This document shows positions 25,805-38,835 of a stretch of DNA of 64,000 bases, in pieces. Under the pieces are notes generated by a model that saw nothing but the letters and a program-made list of their open reading frames with translations, was not told the origin of the DNA and made no database searches. Every line of letters begins with the position of its first letter. Position 1 is the stretch's first letter. A program made the position numbers and the translations under genes. Origin of the DNA: Eledone cirrhosa (taxonomy: Eukaryota). The stretch covers positions 23,126,001 to 23,190,000 of the forward strand of contig OZ024747.1 of the NCBI GenBank assembly GCA_964016885.1, written 5' to 3'.

Positions 25805-25997
25805 GGACGGTGAATTGGCAGTATTGGTAGAGGGTCGGACACCATGCTTTGACGCATAGAGTTACGGTCTTTGCCATTCTGAGTTCAAATCCCGCCGAGG
25901 TTAACTTTGCCTTTCATCCTTACGGGGTCGATAAAATAAAGTACCAGTAATGTACTGGGTAATTGCTGGCCTTATGCCAATAGTAGAAACAATTATT
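25805..25997 (+). mobile_element. tRNA-derived SINE family D (~190 bp)
   Basis: A box TGGCAGTATTGG, B box GAGTTCAAATCC, body GAGGTTAACTTTGCCTTTCATCCTTACGGGGTCGATAAAATAAAGTACCAG; many copies in the window. Confidence 0.9.
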
Positions 25998-26056
25998 TTT
26001 TTCACAGTTCAGAATTATTTTGTAACAAAGTCTTTTGGAAAATATTCTATATTTAA

Positions 26057-26481
26057 CCACTCATTACCATATTTCTAAAGAAAGGCACTGTCTATGGTTT
26101 TGAAAATAATCAAGAATCATGGAAGGATTTAGTAATATAACTAACTGTCTCATTATTTAACTGGTAATGAAGCTTAACAAATATCCTAATATAAAATTAA
26201 GATGAAAGGTTATTAGATAATTATAAACACTTTAATCCTTTAGCATTTATATTACTCAATATTTTCGCAGTAAAGGCTTTACTTCACATAATATCGAGTC
26301 TATGAGATTTTGATATTATTTATTTTGAGAACTATACCTTAACAACATTATGTGTGGCCAGTTACAGCTGCTTTAAACAGAACAAGGCCAGATATGGACG
26401 GTTTAAATGCTAAAGGGTTAAAATAAACATCCTTGTATCATAGAAGCAAATGTGTTTTCTGAAGGTTTGGTAATGTAAGGG
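26057..26481. mobile_element. piggyBac-type MITE family B (host copy; others near 4770-4900, 8100-8230, 10290-10470, 11715-12175 and 31300-31740)
   Basis: TTAA|CCACTCATTACCATATTTC ... GGTAATGTAAGGG|TTAA; body shared with the other copies. Confidence 0.75.
26236..26417. mobile_element. piggyBac-type MITE family A nested in MITE family B
   Basis: TTAA on both sides; TIR TAAATGCTAAAGGG; empty site visible in the family B copy at 12101-12130. Confidence 0.88.
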
Positions 26482-26636
26482 TTAATATTTTAATTACAAA
26501 CTTGAAAAGAAAAGTTCTAGTTTCCTATTACATGTAAAAAAATTGATTTCCTCTCTACATTTCGTTTTCAAAAGTTCTATTTCTTTGTCTATTCGTGTTA
26601 GTTCTTTTTACAGTTTGATGTAATTTCTTTCTTCAG

Positions 26637-26732
26637 ACCCGTCCTGATGGTTCTGAGTGTACCAGCTCCACATGGAACAGAAGATGCAGCACCCCAGTAT
26701 CAGCATTTATTTGCTAATGCAACATCTCACAG
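26637..26732 (+). CDS. Sulf1: Sulf coding exon 4 (PVLMVLSVPAPHGTEDAAPQYQHLFANATSH)
   Basis: Acceptor ttctttcttcag; translated by hand (absent from the ORF track); APHG motif; donor AG|GTATAC (phase 2). Confidence 0.93.
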
Positions 26733-28785
26733 GTATACAGACTTGGTCACCATGTAATTAAGGTACATCTAATAGATATACAGACTTGATCAACATATAA
26801 TTATAGTCCAAACTGGAGCTACATAGATTTGGTCAGAGATTAAGGCAGGTTTTAGAAATACATAAATTGAATTAATATGGAATTAGGATGTTTCTTATAT
26901 ATTTATTTCATTTGTAATTGAGATATGTCAAATAAGATTAAGAAAATAGGCAAACAGTTTACTGTTTAAAACAAGGATCAGCTTCTTTTTGTAATGATTC
27001 ATTTTTTAATTTTTTTGGTTTTGCCCTTGGCCCACATATGTATATTATAACATATCTTACATATTAACATTTGAAAAAATCTCAGGCCCACAGAGAACAC
27101 CTCAATAGCTCATATGTATATTATATCTATATCATATCTTATATGTATAAATTAATAAAATATGTAAAGCCTAATTTTAATTTCTTTTAAAGTTTTTCTG
27201 ACAATTTTTTGAAACTCAATTTTGGAATATTTCGTAAAAAATGCTGAAATATCTTTTGGGGGATTGAATATGTTAGGAGAGTGGGGCTTGTGAAGGGTAA
27301 TTTAGTTAGGAATTTGTGTGTATGTGTGTAAACATCAAATAAAGATAAATTAGGTAGTTAATGGTTATCTTTGTTTAATTTCAGAGTTATTTAAGTTGAG
27401 TTTGGTTAGTTTTAAGGATTCTTTTAAAGTATTAATTTTGGAAAGGACCAGATAGAGAATTTACAAAGTACTAATTTGCTGTTGGTATTTCTATAACTAT
27501 ATTGTTGTTTTTGTTATTGGTGATAGCTGTATAATAATGCATTTATACTAGAAACCAGTTTGATATTAAGAATAGACAAAATTTGTTGGTGTTGCTGTTT
27601 AGGATTTTCTTTTGAATATATATCTCTCCACTAAAGTTTTTGTGTAACAAGATTCAGCAGTCAAACAATACCAAAGCTTTAGCTACACTCTATGTTTATA
27701 TATGTATGTATATAATATAAAGTGTGTCTTTGTGTCTACTCACACATGCAAATGTAATTGGTTATAACTGCTGAATTTTTGCTACAAAAAGCCATTCAAG
27801 CTGTAGCATCTGGTTTTCTGGAGTTAGTGACTCAGCAATAAATTAACAAAACAGTTTTCTCTGTGTCAGTAATGTATGTATCTAGACCCTGTGACTTGTC
27901 AAAACTTTCATAATGGACCAGATGGCTGAAGGAATATTGGCATTTAACCTAGCATTTCAGAAACATACATAAACCACATACCTTGCCTTTTCTCTTTTCT
28001 CATTAACTAAAATGCTTTTAACCTGAAACATAAATGACTATTTCCTTCTTTTCTTTAGTTTATCTAAAGTAACATATTTTGCCTTTCTTTATAATTTTTA
28101 ATTGCCTTGATCGTTAGAATTACTGTACATTTTATTATGTTTTCATGTTTGATTGCTTTCGAGATGAATAACTTTTTGGGGATAGAACCCCCCCCCCCCC
28201 CCCCCGCAAAAAAAACAAAAAACAACAACAACACAAATAAAACAAACGCAATTGAGTTATTTTTAGATTAATGAATCCGACAGATGCTAGCATTGAAAAG
28301 TGGACATGAACGCAATGATATATATATAATCCCAAAATCACAACTTTATATTAAAAGGGCAAGTTAGCACTAAGTTTTAGACTCAAGTAATTTATGTCAA
28401 CATGAATTATTAAGCCTAAGATCATTGCTACAGTGATTTAGGAATATACTAAATTCCTTTGGGACACAAATCTGAGTCCTATTAAGTTTTAAAGAGCCAG
28501 AACTTAGCTTTAATTCCAAGGAAAGATAATTTTTTTTTTATTGATAATATCCAGCTATTCACATGTAATGTGGTGTCTATTTATTTGAGCATTTAAAGTA
28601 TAAGCAACCTTATTGTATCCTGATAACTATCATCATTTTTCATTTTTCTCTCCTATGTGGTGCTAAAAGCTGGGATATTTTGCAAAACTATCTTGATATA
28701 TTTGATTTTATTTGTCATTTTTAGTTAGCAATTGTTGACTTGGTACCACTTTAGACCAGTCAATTCATTATTAGTTTTACCCTCA

Positions 28786-29008
28786 GGTAGTGGATTGGCA
28801 GAATCGGTAGAGCGTCAGACAACAGTTTTAGTGACATAGAATTATGACTCTTTACATTCTGAGTTCAAATCCTGCCACAGTTAGCTTTGCCTTTCATCCT
28901 TACAGGGTTGATAAAATAAAGTATCAGTAATGCACTGGGGTTGATTTTAATCGACTTTCCCTCCCCCGAAAATTGTTGGCCTTGTGCCTAAATCATAAAC
29001 CAATATTA
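28786..29008 (+). mobile_element. SINE family D copy (longer variant)
   Basis: Same head and body as 25805 with an extra ~30 nt before the 3' end. Confidence 0.85.
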
Positions 29009-29254
29009 GTTCAACCCTTTTCTTTTACTCAGGCTTTGCTCTACAAACTTATCATATATTGTAACATTTTATATTTTCTTCATAAAAAAACAACAGCTGT
29101 TTCTTAATTCACTTAATCTATTAGAGTTTTATTTGTAATAATAATGCATGTCTATTAATATATTTTGCCCTTGCTGCACAATATTCTAATAGATGTATAA
29201 GAAATGCAATTATTTATTTGTGTGTTGTTTCGGCAACACAACAAATGTCCCCAG

Positions 29255-29483
29255 ACCTCGTTGTAATGTGGTCATGTAGGTGACAATACAAAAAGCACCC
29301 AGCATTGTAAATGTAGTTGGCATTAGGAAGGGCATCCAACTGTAGAAACCAAGCCCAAATCAGCTCCGGGTGAGCAAAACACAATCCTCTGACCTGATTT
29401 TCTCCCAAAGGGTCAATATGTCCTACCCATGCTAGTGAAGAAAATGGACATTAAATGATGACAATGATGATGATGATGATGAT
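29255..29483 (+). mobile_element. 3' part of the RTE/SINE-A shared module
   Basis: GTTGGCATTAGGAAGGGCATCCAACTGTAGAAA motif plus CCCATGCTAG...GGACATTAAATGATGA tail. Confidence 0.7.
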
Positions 29484-29706
29484 ATATCAGTAGGTTATCA
29501 GCAAACTTAATTAGTAATTTAAGTTTACTTTGCTGATGTCACTTGTAATATTTACATTGTTAATATCCTTGAGAAAGTCATGAAAACCACAACTTCTTAT
29601 TTCTTCTCCTGAGTAAACATGACACTTTATAGCTATATAATATATTATTACACATTTGTATAGGTTTGTGTTTATATGCATTAAATCTATATATTTTGTT
29701 TTAAAG

Positions 29707-29857
29707 AACACCAAGCTGGAATTTTGCTCCAAATAAAGATAAACAATGGTTACTTCAACATATGCAGAAAATGGAACCAATTCATCAGTTGTTCACAGAT
29801 AGGTTGCAGATGAAGCGTCTCCAGACATTACAGTCAGTTGATGATTTAGTTGAAAAA
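29707..29857 (+). CDS. Sulf1: Sulf coding exon 5 ([17 protein letters not shown]...[15 protein letters not shown])
   Basis: Acceptor ttttaaag; conserved RLQTLQSVD; donor AAA|GTGAGT (phase 0). Confidence 0.94.
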
Positions 29858-30339
29858 GTGAGTTCTTACAATATGAACGATATTGTGGTTTCTTTTTTCT
29901 TTACCTCAATTGGAATAGTTATTAGAATGTCAGATAGAATGCTTTATGGTATTCATTCCAGTTCTCTGTATTCTGAGGTCAACTTTGCCTTTTGCAAAAA
30001 AATGAAAAAAAAAATCATAAATGTATATAACAGGTTGATTAAAGAAGCACTGGGAAAATTTGTAATTTGCAATGTTAATGACTATAATAATAGTTGAGAA
30101 AATTGAGTAAAGTACATCTAGAGACAGAAAAAAAATGGCGGGGTATTTTACCCAATTTTCTCAAATATTATTTATAGTTGATTGACTATTATTGTAGGCA
30201 TTTGCATTGGGACGACTACATTTCAAATAACCATAAATATAAATGCAACTAATAATTACTGAGCAACTGCTGTACAATTTTAATTTTAATGATTATTAAC
30301 CATTAATTTCCCTGTAAAATCTATTTTACTAATCTTTAG

Positions 30340-30515
30340 GTTGGTGCAGAGCTGAAGACCCTTGGAGAGTTGGATGATACTTATATCTTATATACATCTG
30401 ACCATGGATATCATCTTGGACAATTTGGACTTATTAAAGGAAAAGCTATGCCCTATGATTTTGATGTACGTGTGCCTCTAATCATAAGAGGTCCTGGAAT
30501 AAAGCCAGGCATTAA
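30340..30515 (+). CDS. Sulf1: Sulf coding exon 6 ([58 protein letters not shown])
   Basis: Acceptor ctttag; [12 protein letters not shown] and KxxPYDFDxRVP catalytic-site motifs; donor AA|GTAAGT. Confidence 0.96.
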
Positions 30516-31029
30516 GTAAGTTTTTAATCTATTTCTGGATTTAACACAAATAAGAAACTGAAAATGTGTGTAAGAAAGAGTGACTATATGTGAGAAGGAA
30601 AGATAGAGATAACCATTCCACACTACACAGGCAGCAACTTGATTGAGCTGGATGTGACTTGCATTTTTGGCATAAGATCCTCTATAGCCAATTATGTTAT
30701 TGGCACCTGAATAGAGGACAAAAGAAGCAGTTTAACCTACTCTGTATATACAATTATATTTTTGTGGTAAAGGCATTATCTCACATAATATCGAATCTAA
30801 GAGATTTTGATATTATTTATTTTGAGAACCTTAACGAGGTTTACAGCCGATTTGAACAATAAAATCCAGACCTTTCAAAACTATATTACTTGACAAACTA
30901 CACACTACTTGACCATATAAACATTGTGGATATACTAAAAGTTGTTAAACTAGTTCCTATAATGTACATCATCAAAAGCAAAGTCCTGAAGTTCTTTGGT
31001 CATTTAAAACATTCACAAAAATCTCTTTC

Positions 31030-31220
31030 TAAAACATGTATAGAGAGTATGATTGAGGGTAAATGAAATAGGGGAAGGCCATCAAGGCACTGGTAAGACA
31101 ATATCTATAAATAGTATGGTTTAAATTTATATGAAGCCACACAAAATAGGAAACTTTAGCAGGAACTAAGTGATATTATTTCACAATCTACCACAGGTGG
31201 AGACAGCAAATTATGGTGAT
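31030..31220 (+). mobile_element. Old RTE-like LINE 3' fragment
   Basis: IEGK..RGRPSRHW.DNI motif with stops. Confidence 0.5.
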
Positions 31221-31396
31221 TTTGAAAAAGTAACCATTATTTATTTGATTGATTGTATAAAGTCACACTATATTTAATTCAAAAGGCAGCTTCATTAACC
31301 TTTTTTTATATGAACCTGCCTGAAACCGCCCTTGGCTTTACGATACAAAGCTGTTTATTTTAAAGTGTTTATATTTATCTAAAAGCCTTCCATTAT

Positions 31397-31582
31397 GGAT
31401 TGGCAGTATCGGTAGAGGGTCAGACGCCATGCTTTGACACATAGAGTTACAGCCTTTGCCATTCTGAGTTCAAATCCCGCCGAGGTTAACTTTGCCTTTC
31501 ATCCTTACGGGGTCGATAAAATAAAGTACCAGTAATGCACTGGGTAATTGCTGGCCTTGTGCCAAACATAGAAACAATTATA
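31397..31582 (+). mobile_element. SINE family D copy inserted in a piggyBac-type MITE
   Basis: Near-identical to 25805-25997; flanks resemble MITE family B. Confidence 0.85.
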
Positions 31583-31791
31583 ATTTTAAGTAAGAACCTT
31601 TGATAACTTCTAAAGTAGTCACTAAGATAGTAACTTAAGATATGGTTCTTATATAAAATTATATTGGAACATTTAAATTGTGTGAGTGGGTTTGTTTCAT
31701 AAGACCAGAACTAATTTTGACCAGGTTAGTAGTGAAAGGAACTAGCTTTTCTAAAGTACTTAATGATATATTTTTTAAATCTAATTTTCAG

Positions 31792-31911
31792 CATCAACAA
31801 TTTAGTTGCCAACATTGACATAGCTCCAACAATATTAGACATGGCAGGAATTGACATACCTCCTGACATGGATGGTCGTTCTCTTCTTCCACTATTGAAA
31901 TCTACTAAAAA
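31792..31911 (+). CDS. Sulf1: Sulf coding exon 7 ([39 protein letters not shown])
   Basis: Acceptor attttcag; [10 protein letters not shown]...MDGRSL sulfatase motif; donor AA|GTGAGT. Confidence 0.95.
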
Positions 31912-32361
31912 GTGAGTTTCAGACTTTTGTTTTATAATATATTTTTAAATCTAAAGATAAAATTGTTTTTGTTGAATTTGATCTTATAAAGTAAATAACA
32001 TAAATCAAAAGAGAAAGGATAGTCATTTAAGAGCAGAAACGCAGTAGCATAGCTGGTGGGTGAGGTGGGGGTGGGGGGTTGCTCTGGGCGACACTTTTAT
32101 GAAACGCTTTTTGACAATGTCATTGAAGAATTTGCCAACAAAAAAGCAAGAAAAGTTGTTTTTGTTTAAGAAATAAAGAAGATGGTCCGAATTTTCTACC
32201 CTTTTTTTAAAAACATTTTTTTATCTTTGTCATTTTTACAATATTTTTTAATTGTTATTAATAAAGTTGAAGTATTTTGGTATGAATTTAAAGCACACCA
32301 TATTTGAGTATGTGAAATTTATATTATAATGATACACAAACTAATATGTATATATGATCAC

Positions 32362-32571
32362 TGGGGGAAGAAATGCTAGGAAACTCCAGTGAAGGGAATA
32401 GAGCTAGACCAAGAAAGACCTAGGCAGAGATGGTGAAAACTGATCTTAAATCACTGAAACTCACAGAGGAGATGAAGGAACGTGGTGAGGGGAGAAATGC
32501 TGTGCTGAAAAGCACTCATCCAACCTATGCAAGTGTGGAAAAATGGATGTAAAAACAATGATGATGATGAT
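32362..32571 (+). mobile_element. Degraded RTE LINE 3' fragment
   Basis: Aligns by eye to 33720-33935 (RPRKT..., AAAATGGATGTAAAA...GATGATGAT tail). Confidence 0.75.
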
Positions 32572-33272
32572 ATAACTTTAAGAGGGAGTTACTGTGCAAT
32601 ATATATTTTTTCTAGGGGGCTGGAGTTGGCCTGCAACATTGCCCCAGGCAGCATGAACTCTGCAGAAACCAATCTATATGTCTGTCCCACTCATGATAGA
32701 AAACAAAGGATTATAGCAACGATGATAATGAATTATGTAGGAATCAACAAGAGGAGTGGATTGGGAAACTTAATTATACAATTCCTATGTTTGTTTAAAC
32801 AGTTTATCATTCTAACTATTGTTAAACTGTGTATTTTATTTATAGGTATTTGTATAGAACAAAATTTTAATCGTTCATTTATTATTAATGAGACAAGATT
32901 CTTCAAAGAATATCTGTATATATTAAATTAGAAGCAGGTGACACGTGCAATCTTTTCTGTTTTGTTTGCTTATGCAAATTCCTTTAATACATACTTATAA
33001 AATATTTATGATTTGAGTCTGTCTTTATATTCTCACATTCTCCACAGAGTAATAGACATGACTATGTGATTAAGGTAGTCGGGAAGTCAAATAGAAAGCT
33101 TTGCAGTATTCATTTCAATTTACTGTGCTCTGAGTTCAAATGTAGCCAAGAGGGCATGTATGTGTGTGTGTATGTACGTGTATATATATATATATGTGCT
33201 AGTGTGCTTATGTTTATACGTAAGAACCAGTGTTGTGCTTTATATTGAGTTCCTTTATGTACTGTCATTTAA

Positions 33273-33492
33273 CCCTTTAGTATTTACATTACTCTATATT
33301 TACTGTTATATTTTCATGGTAAAGGCTTTACCTACATAATTATCTCACATAATATTAAATCTATGAGATTTTGATATTATTTATTTTGAGAACAATACCT
33401 TAACATCAGTATGACTGGCTGGTTACAGCTAGTTTGAACAGAAAGGGGCAAGAGAATTCTGGCCGGTTACAGCCAATTTAAATGCTAAAGGA
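33273..33492. mobile_element. piggyBac-type MITE family A
   Basis: TTAA|CCCTTTAGTATTTA ... TAAATGCTAAAGGA|TTAA. Confidence 0.85.
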
Positions 33493-33536
33493 TTAACAGT
33501 TTAACAAATAAGTATGAAACTGAAATAAGGTTTAGG

Positions 33537-33937
33537 GTAGATAAGCGACGGCTGGAAAGAAACGAACCAAGCATGCTCCGTTGGATGTGCAATGTCAACG
33601 TGCGAGAACGACCAAGCATAGATGAGTTGAGAGAGAAACTGTGTATAAGAGGGATAGGCTGTAGTGTGCGGGAGAGAAGACTGTGTTGGTATGCACATGT
33701 GATGCACATGGAGGATGACAGCTGGGTAAAGAAGTGCCAAGAAATCCCAGTAGAAGGAAGACACAGTAGAAGAAGACCACAAAAAACATGGGCGGAGGTG
33801 GTGAGAGCTGACCTCAGATTGCTGAAGCTCACGGAGGAGATGACGAAGGACCGTGACAAGTGGAGAGATACTGTGCTGAACAGGACCCTTCCCACCCTTG
33901 CAAACAGGGAAAAGCAGATGTAAAATGATGATGATCA
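33537..33937 (+). mobile_element. RTE LINE 3' fragment, short-3'UTR subfamily
   Basis: MLRWMCNV...RRLCWYAHVM...RRRPQKTW; ORF runs directly into the tail CCCACCCTTGCAAACAGGGAAAAGCAGATGTAAAA(TGA)n. Confidence 0.9.
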
Positions 33938-34691
33938 TTGACTAAAACTTTAGTAAAACTGCAGTGCAATGACTGAAACCAGTCAAAAAAAAAAAAAAGA
34001 AGCTAAAACTGTATTGCAAAAATTATCTGTTGAGTCGGAAAATATTTGCTTTGTAGGGAGTTACCAATTCATTACAATGTATGTTACTTGCATGTCTGTA
34101 TGATTCATCCAACATATTCATCACTATACTAAACTGTGACAGGTGACAACTGTCTGCCAAATAATAGGACCCTCATTCACAAATACCTTCAATATATTGA
34201 CACATCAACAAGTTCATTCCTTTTGTCCCTGCATCAGCTATTCTACCTAATCTCACCCAATGCACTCACTTCTCCTTTTTTTTTGTCAGTCACTTCCCGA
34301 GCCTTATACTTCAAACATAGCTCAATCTTTTCTTCCTTGAACTCTATACTTCTGTAACTCCTACTCTGACCCATAACCCCCCCACCCCAACTACTAACCT
34401 GCAACAATTTAAATTAAACATTAACCAACACCACTACTTCCCCATCACAACCTCAACACCTCATTGTAAAATGGCCTTGGGCTAAGGAATATAAACAAAC
34501 TTTGTATTGCATGCTCAAATACTAGAGTAAATGCTGGGGTTTTTTTTTGGGGGGGGGGGGATTTGTTTATTGTAAGACAAACTACACACATTCCTAACTG
34601 ACATGGAGTGAAAAGAAATGTTATTTTAATTAAATTTTTGCAATTTGTGAGGAAAAAAATTGATAAAATTTATTGGGACTTCTCCATAGTT

Positions 34692-35286
34692 AATAATTGT
34701 TTTTACTTTTGGCACAAGGCCAGCAATTATCCCAGTGCATTACTGGTACTTTATTTTATCAACCCCCTGTAAGAAGGATGAAAGGCAAAGTTAACCTCGG
34801 CAGGATTTGAACTCAGATCATAAAGGGAGGTAACTCTATGCTGCAAATCATGGCGTCCGACTCTCTACTGATACTGCCAATCCACCGCCCTTCCTAATAA
34901 TTGTTTCTACGTTTGGCACAAGGCCAGCAATTATTCAGTGCATTACTGGTACTTTATTTTATCAACCCTGTAAGGATGAAAGGCAAAGTTAACCTCGGTG
35001 GGATTTGAACTCAGAATGGCAAAGGCCGTAACTCTATGCGTCAAAGCATGGTGTCTGACCCTCTACCGATACTGCCAATTCACCGCCCTCATTCCTAATA
35101 ATTGTTTCTACTTTAGGCACAAGGCCAGCAATTACCCAGTGCATTACTGGTACTTTATTTTATCGACCCGTAAGGATGAAAGGCAAAGTCAACCTCGGCG
35201 GGATTTGAACTCAGATCGTAAAGGGACGTAACTATGCTGGAAAGCATGGCGTCCGACCCTCTACCGATACTGCCAATCCACCGCTC
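34692..35286 (-). mobile_element. Three head-to-tail SINE family D copies
   Basis: Units at about 34692-34890, 34895-35088 and 35095-35286. Confidence 0.9.
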
Positions 35287-35584
35287 CTAATAATGTCTTG
35301 TAATCAGGAAGGGAAAAATAAAAGTTCTTCCTAGTTTTGAGCTGATACTCTCTTTGGGTTTCAAACTTTGTAAACTAATATTGATTGTAATACAGTTTTT
35401 ATTGTTTACACACAAGCTAAAATACTTAGTAGATAACATGTAATGGAGTTTTAGAGTTACATAGTAACTAAAATACTTAACAAACAAGTAAATGTTAAAA
35501 GCGATTTACTACTAGTTTACTTTACAAGGCATGTTTTGATTTGGTCATAATAAATGGCAGCTTGTAAGTATGCTATAAAGTATA

Positions 35585-35778
35585 TCATCATCATCAGCAG
35601 CATCATTACCACCATCATCATCATCATCATCATCAGGATCATCATCTTCGGCACCAACACCATCATCACCATCATCATCATCATCATCATCACCACCACC
35701 ACCATCATTGTCATACCATCATCATCATCATCACCACCACCATCATTGTCATACCATCATCACCATCACCATCATCAC
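35585..35778. repeat. (CAT/CAC)n trinucleotide tract (similar tracts at 13835-13890, 14325-14385 and 63165-63238)
   Basis: Read directly from the sequence. Confidence 0.9.
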
Positions 35779-36113
35779 AAAGCTAGAATAAGGTGGGACT
35801 CACATGAGATAACTGTTAAGCTAATAATTGTTGGTTAGTGTTTTTTTTATTAATTAGTATCTGTTATTACTTACAAACTTTTACAACTAACACATGTATT
35901 TCTCTCTTTCCCTCCCTCTATCTCCCTACCTCTCTCCCTCCCTCCATTTCACATACGCATCACAGTATCTTTCTTTCATATACATATCTCTCTTATGTCC
36001 CAGTCTCTCTTTCTCTCTCGCTCTCTCTCTCTCCTTTCAATTGTTTAGGAGTTATAAGAATCCAAGCACTCTCTCTCTCTCTCGAGTCTGCTGGGGAAGC
36101 CTTGCTTAGAAAA

Positions 36114-36623
36114 TACACCCAGTCAGTAGTAAGGACACACCACCTCACCCCATATCACAATATGTACACCCAGTCAGTAGTAAGGACACACCACCTCACC
36201 CCATATCACAATATGTACACCCAGTCAGTAGTAAGGACACACCACCTCACCCCATATCACAATATGTACACCCAGTCAGTAGTAAGGACACACCACCTCA
36301 CCCCATATCACAATATGTACACCCAGTCAGTAGTAAGGACACACCACCTCACCCCATATCACAGTATGTACACCCAGTCAGTAGTAAGGACACACCACCT
36401 CACCCCATATCACAGTATGTACACCCAGTCAGTAGTAAGGACACACCACCTCACCCCATATCACAGTATGTACACCCAGTCAGTAGTAAGGACACACCAC
36501 CTCACCCCATATCACAGTATGTACACCCAGTCAGTAGTAAGGACACACCACCTCACCCCATATCACAATATGTACACCCAGTCAGTAGTAAGGACACACC
36601 ACCTCACCCCATATCACAATATG
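36114..36623. repeat. 51-bp minisatellite, 10 units
   Basis: TACACCCAGTCAGTAGTAAGGACACACCACCTCACCCCATATCACA(A/G)TATG; one variable site arranged 4xA, 4xG, 2xA. Confidence 0.95.
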
Positions 36624-37089
36624 TATAAACAGCTACTATTACTCCAGCCTGCCTGTTTACTCTGAGCTATGCCCTTTATCATGGGCACATTATCCTCTCG
36701 ACCCATGTCACAACATATATATAAACAGCTACCAATACAAGCCCTGGCCTTTATTTTTAAGACTCCTTACATACCAAACAATTCTACCAGCCTACTGAAA
36801 TCTTCCCTTCCGATTGTAATCTCCCTTCCCACTAATACACTGTGAGCATTCTTAGAAAAAGCACTATGGAGAAATGTGGGTCTTTGGCCAGCCAGGCAAA
36901 CATGTTAGTTTATTATAAGTTCCTCCTCTACTCCTACCAAACTATACACTGTAAACACACACAATCTACTGTAAGCTCCCCTCACTCTTTCGAAGCTACC
37001 TTCTCTTTTAAAGCTCCTCACCTTCTTTTGAAGTGACTCACCTCCTTTTCCCTCCACACTGAGTATTCTTAGCAGCATCATGGACAGAC

Positions 37090-38835
37090 CTGAGCCATAA
37101 TGAAGGCAACCTAACTAGGAGTGTAGTGCCTATAAATTAAATTCTTCATGAAGGAGACAAGGACCCCACACCAACTAGAACAGCTCTAACTTTAAATATA
37201 ATTTTGTATAAAGCAAACATGGATGCCATAAGTGACAGTGAAAAGGCAAAGTCATCTTGGAGAGCAATAACTCTGAATGAAAATCTGCATGAAGAATAGA
37301 CGGACTCTGAAAACAACAGCAAAATAAACCATCTAGGAAAGCAATAACTCTTAATAAAAACTAAAAGAAGGGAGAAACTTTAGTTCTGAGAGAGAATTTC
37401 TCTAGTAGTGGTGGCACAATAAAATGCATCCATTCCTTGTAAAGTGGTTGATGGTAGGGGAGACATCGAACCTATACAATTGTGTCAAAAATCATGACCA
37501 TCATAAATACTGAAAAACCATAATTGCATTTACAAGATTAGCATTTACCATGTTAGTGCTGTGCATAGTAGTGGGGTGGTCAGGTGGGAACATCTGACCA
37601 TGTGTGAGAACCCCTTGACCATCATCAAACGATCCCACCAACCCTATTCCTTTCCGATACAGAAAACAAATATCAAACAACCCACCCACCACTGGGAACT
37701 TCCCTCTTCCTGTCAGGTACAAAACTTTAGGGCTGCCACCATCAACCTTGGCATGATAAAAGGTAGGTCTAGAGAGTTTGTAGAGATGTTGGAATTGAAG
37801 CAAGTAGATGTGTACTGTATACAAGATACGATGGAGAACTTTAGCCAGACTCCTCACAAGCAAGGAATACAGGTACAAATTCTTCTGGGTGGGTGAAGTA
37901 GACATATTGTTGACAGAAAAATAAGTTAATAAAGTAATTAAGGTAGTCAAAATATGAAACAGAATAATTAAGCTTAGACTAGCTTTTGGCAAAATAATAG
38001 CATAGACTAGCTTTTGGCAAAATAATAGCATAGACATGCCACTATTAGAGGTTTCTGAATGAGAAGAATGCATTAGAGAGAGTTCGTCTAAAGTAGACCT
38101 ATGAGAAGGATTAGCTATTAAAGTTAACAGCTATATGGTTGAAAGCATGATTAATGATATAAGGGTGGGTTATCAGAGATAGTCACTTGTATAGTAAATC
38201 AGGAAGTACAGAGAGAGTGCCATACACAATGACTGAAGTAACAGGATCATCATCAGCTGCTACAAGTACCAAAGAGATTACTACATAGGCATGTTACTAC
38301 ATGGACCATGTGAAATTAACAAGAGTTATAGCATAATTGATTACACTTAGCAGGATTTCTCTCCAAGTGAAGGGCAGATTGTATGATGTTTGGGTATGAA
38401 GTGTGATGTTGTGTGATAGTAAACCAGGGAGAGAGGGTCTCATTGTGGAGAATGTATGAAGGATGGAGAAAAATGAAGGGAACATATTTCACTGGATGAG
38501 TAGTGTTAGTGTGTGTGAACAATACAGTGCAAATGAGTTGAGAGAATAACTGAGTATAAGAAGAATCAGATGTAGCATACCTGAGTAGATTGCACTGGTA
38601 CTAATGTGACGTATATGGCGGATGACAGTTGGGTTAAGAAGTATAGCAATCCAAATGGAAGGAACCTGTGGAAGAGGAAGTCATTGGAAAGTGTGGTGAT
38701 GTCTGATTTTCAAAAAGCTGAACCTCATGAGGGAAATCACAAAGTCTTGTAAAAAATGGTGAGACATTGTGCCTAGAAACTCATCCAACCCATGCAAGCA
38801 TGGAAAAGTGGACGTAAAAACAATGATGATGATGC
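37090..38835 (+). mobile_element. Old, internally deleted RTE LINE (5' UTR, endonuclease start, RT scraps, 3' tail)
   Basis: FRAATINLGMIKGRSREFVEMLELKQVDVYCIQDT matches the RTE endonuclease N-terminus; KGRLYD remnant near 38370; tail CCCATGCAAGCATGGAAAAGTGGACGTAAAA...GATGATG. The 5' boundary is approximate. Confidence 0.75.

Noticed and set aside
35838-36665. 275-aa ORF with YTQSVVRTHHLTPYH repeats
   Set aside because: It arises from the 51-bp VNTR and a CT-rich tract inside intron 7; exons 7 and 8 join in phase without it.
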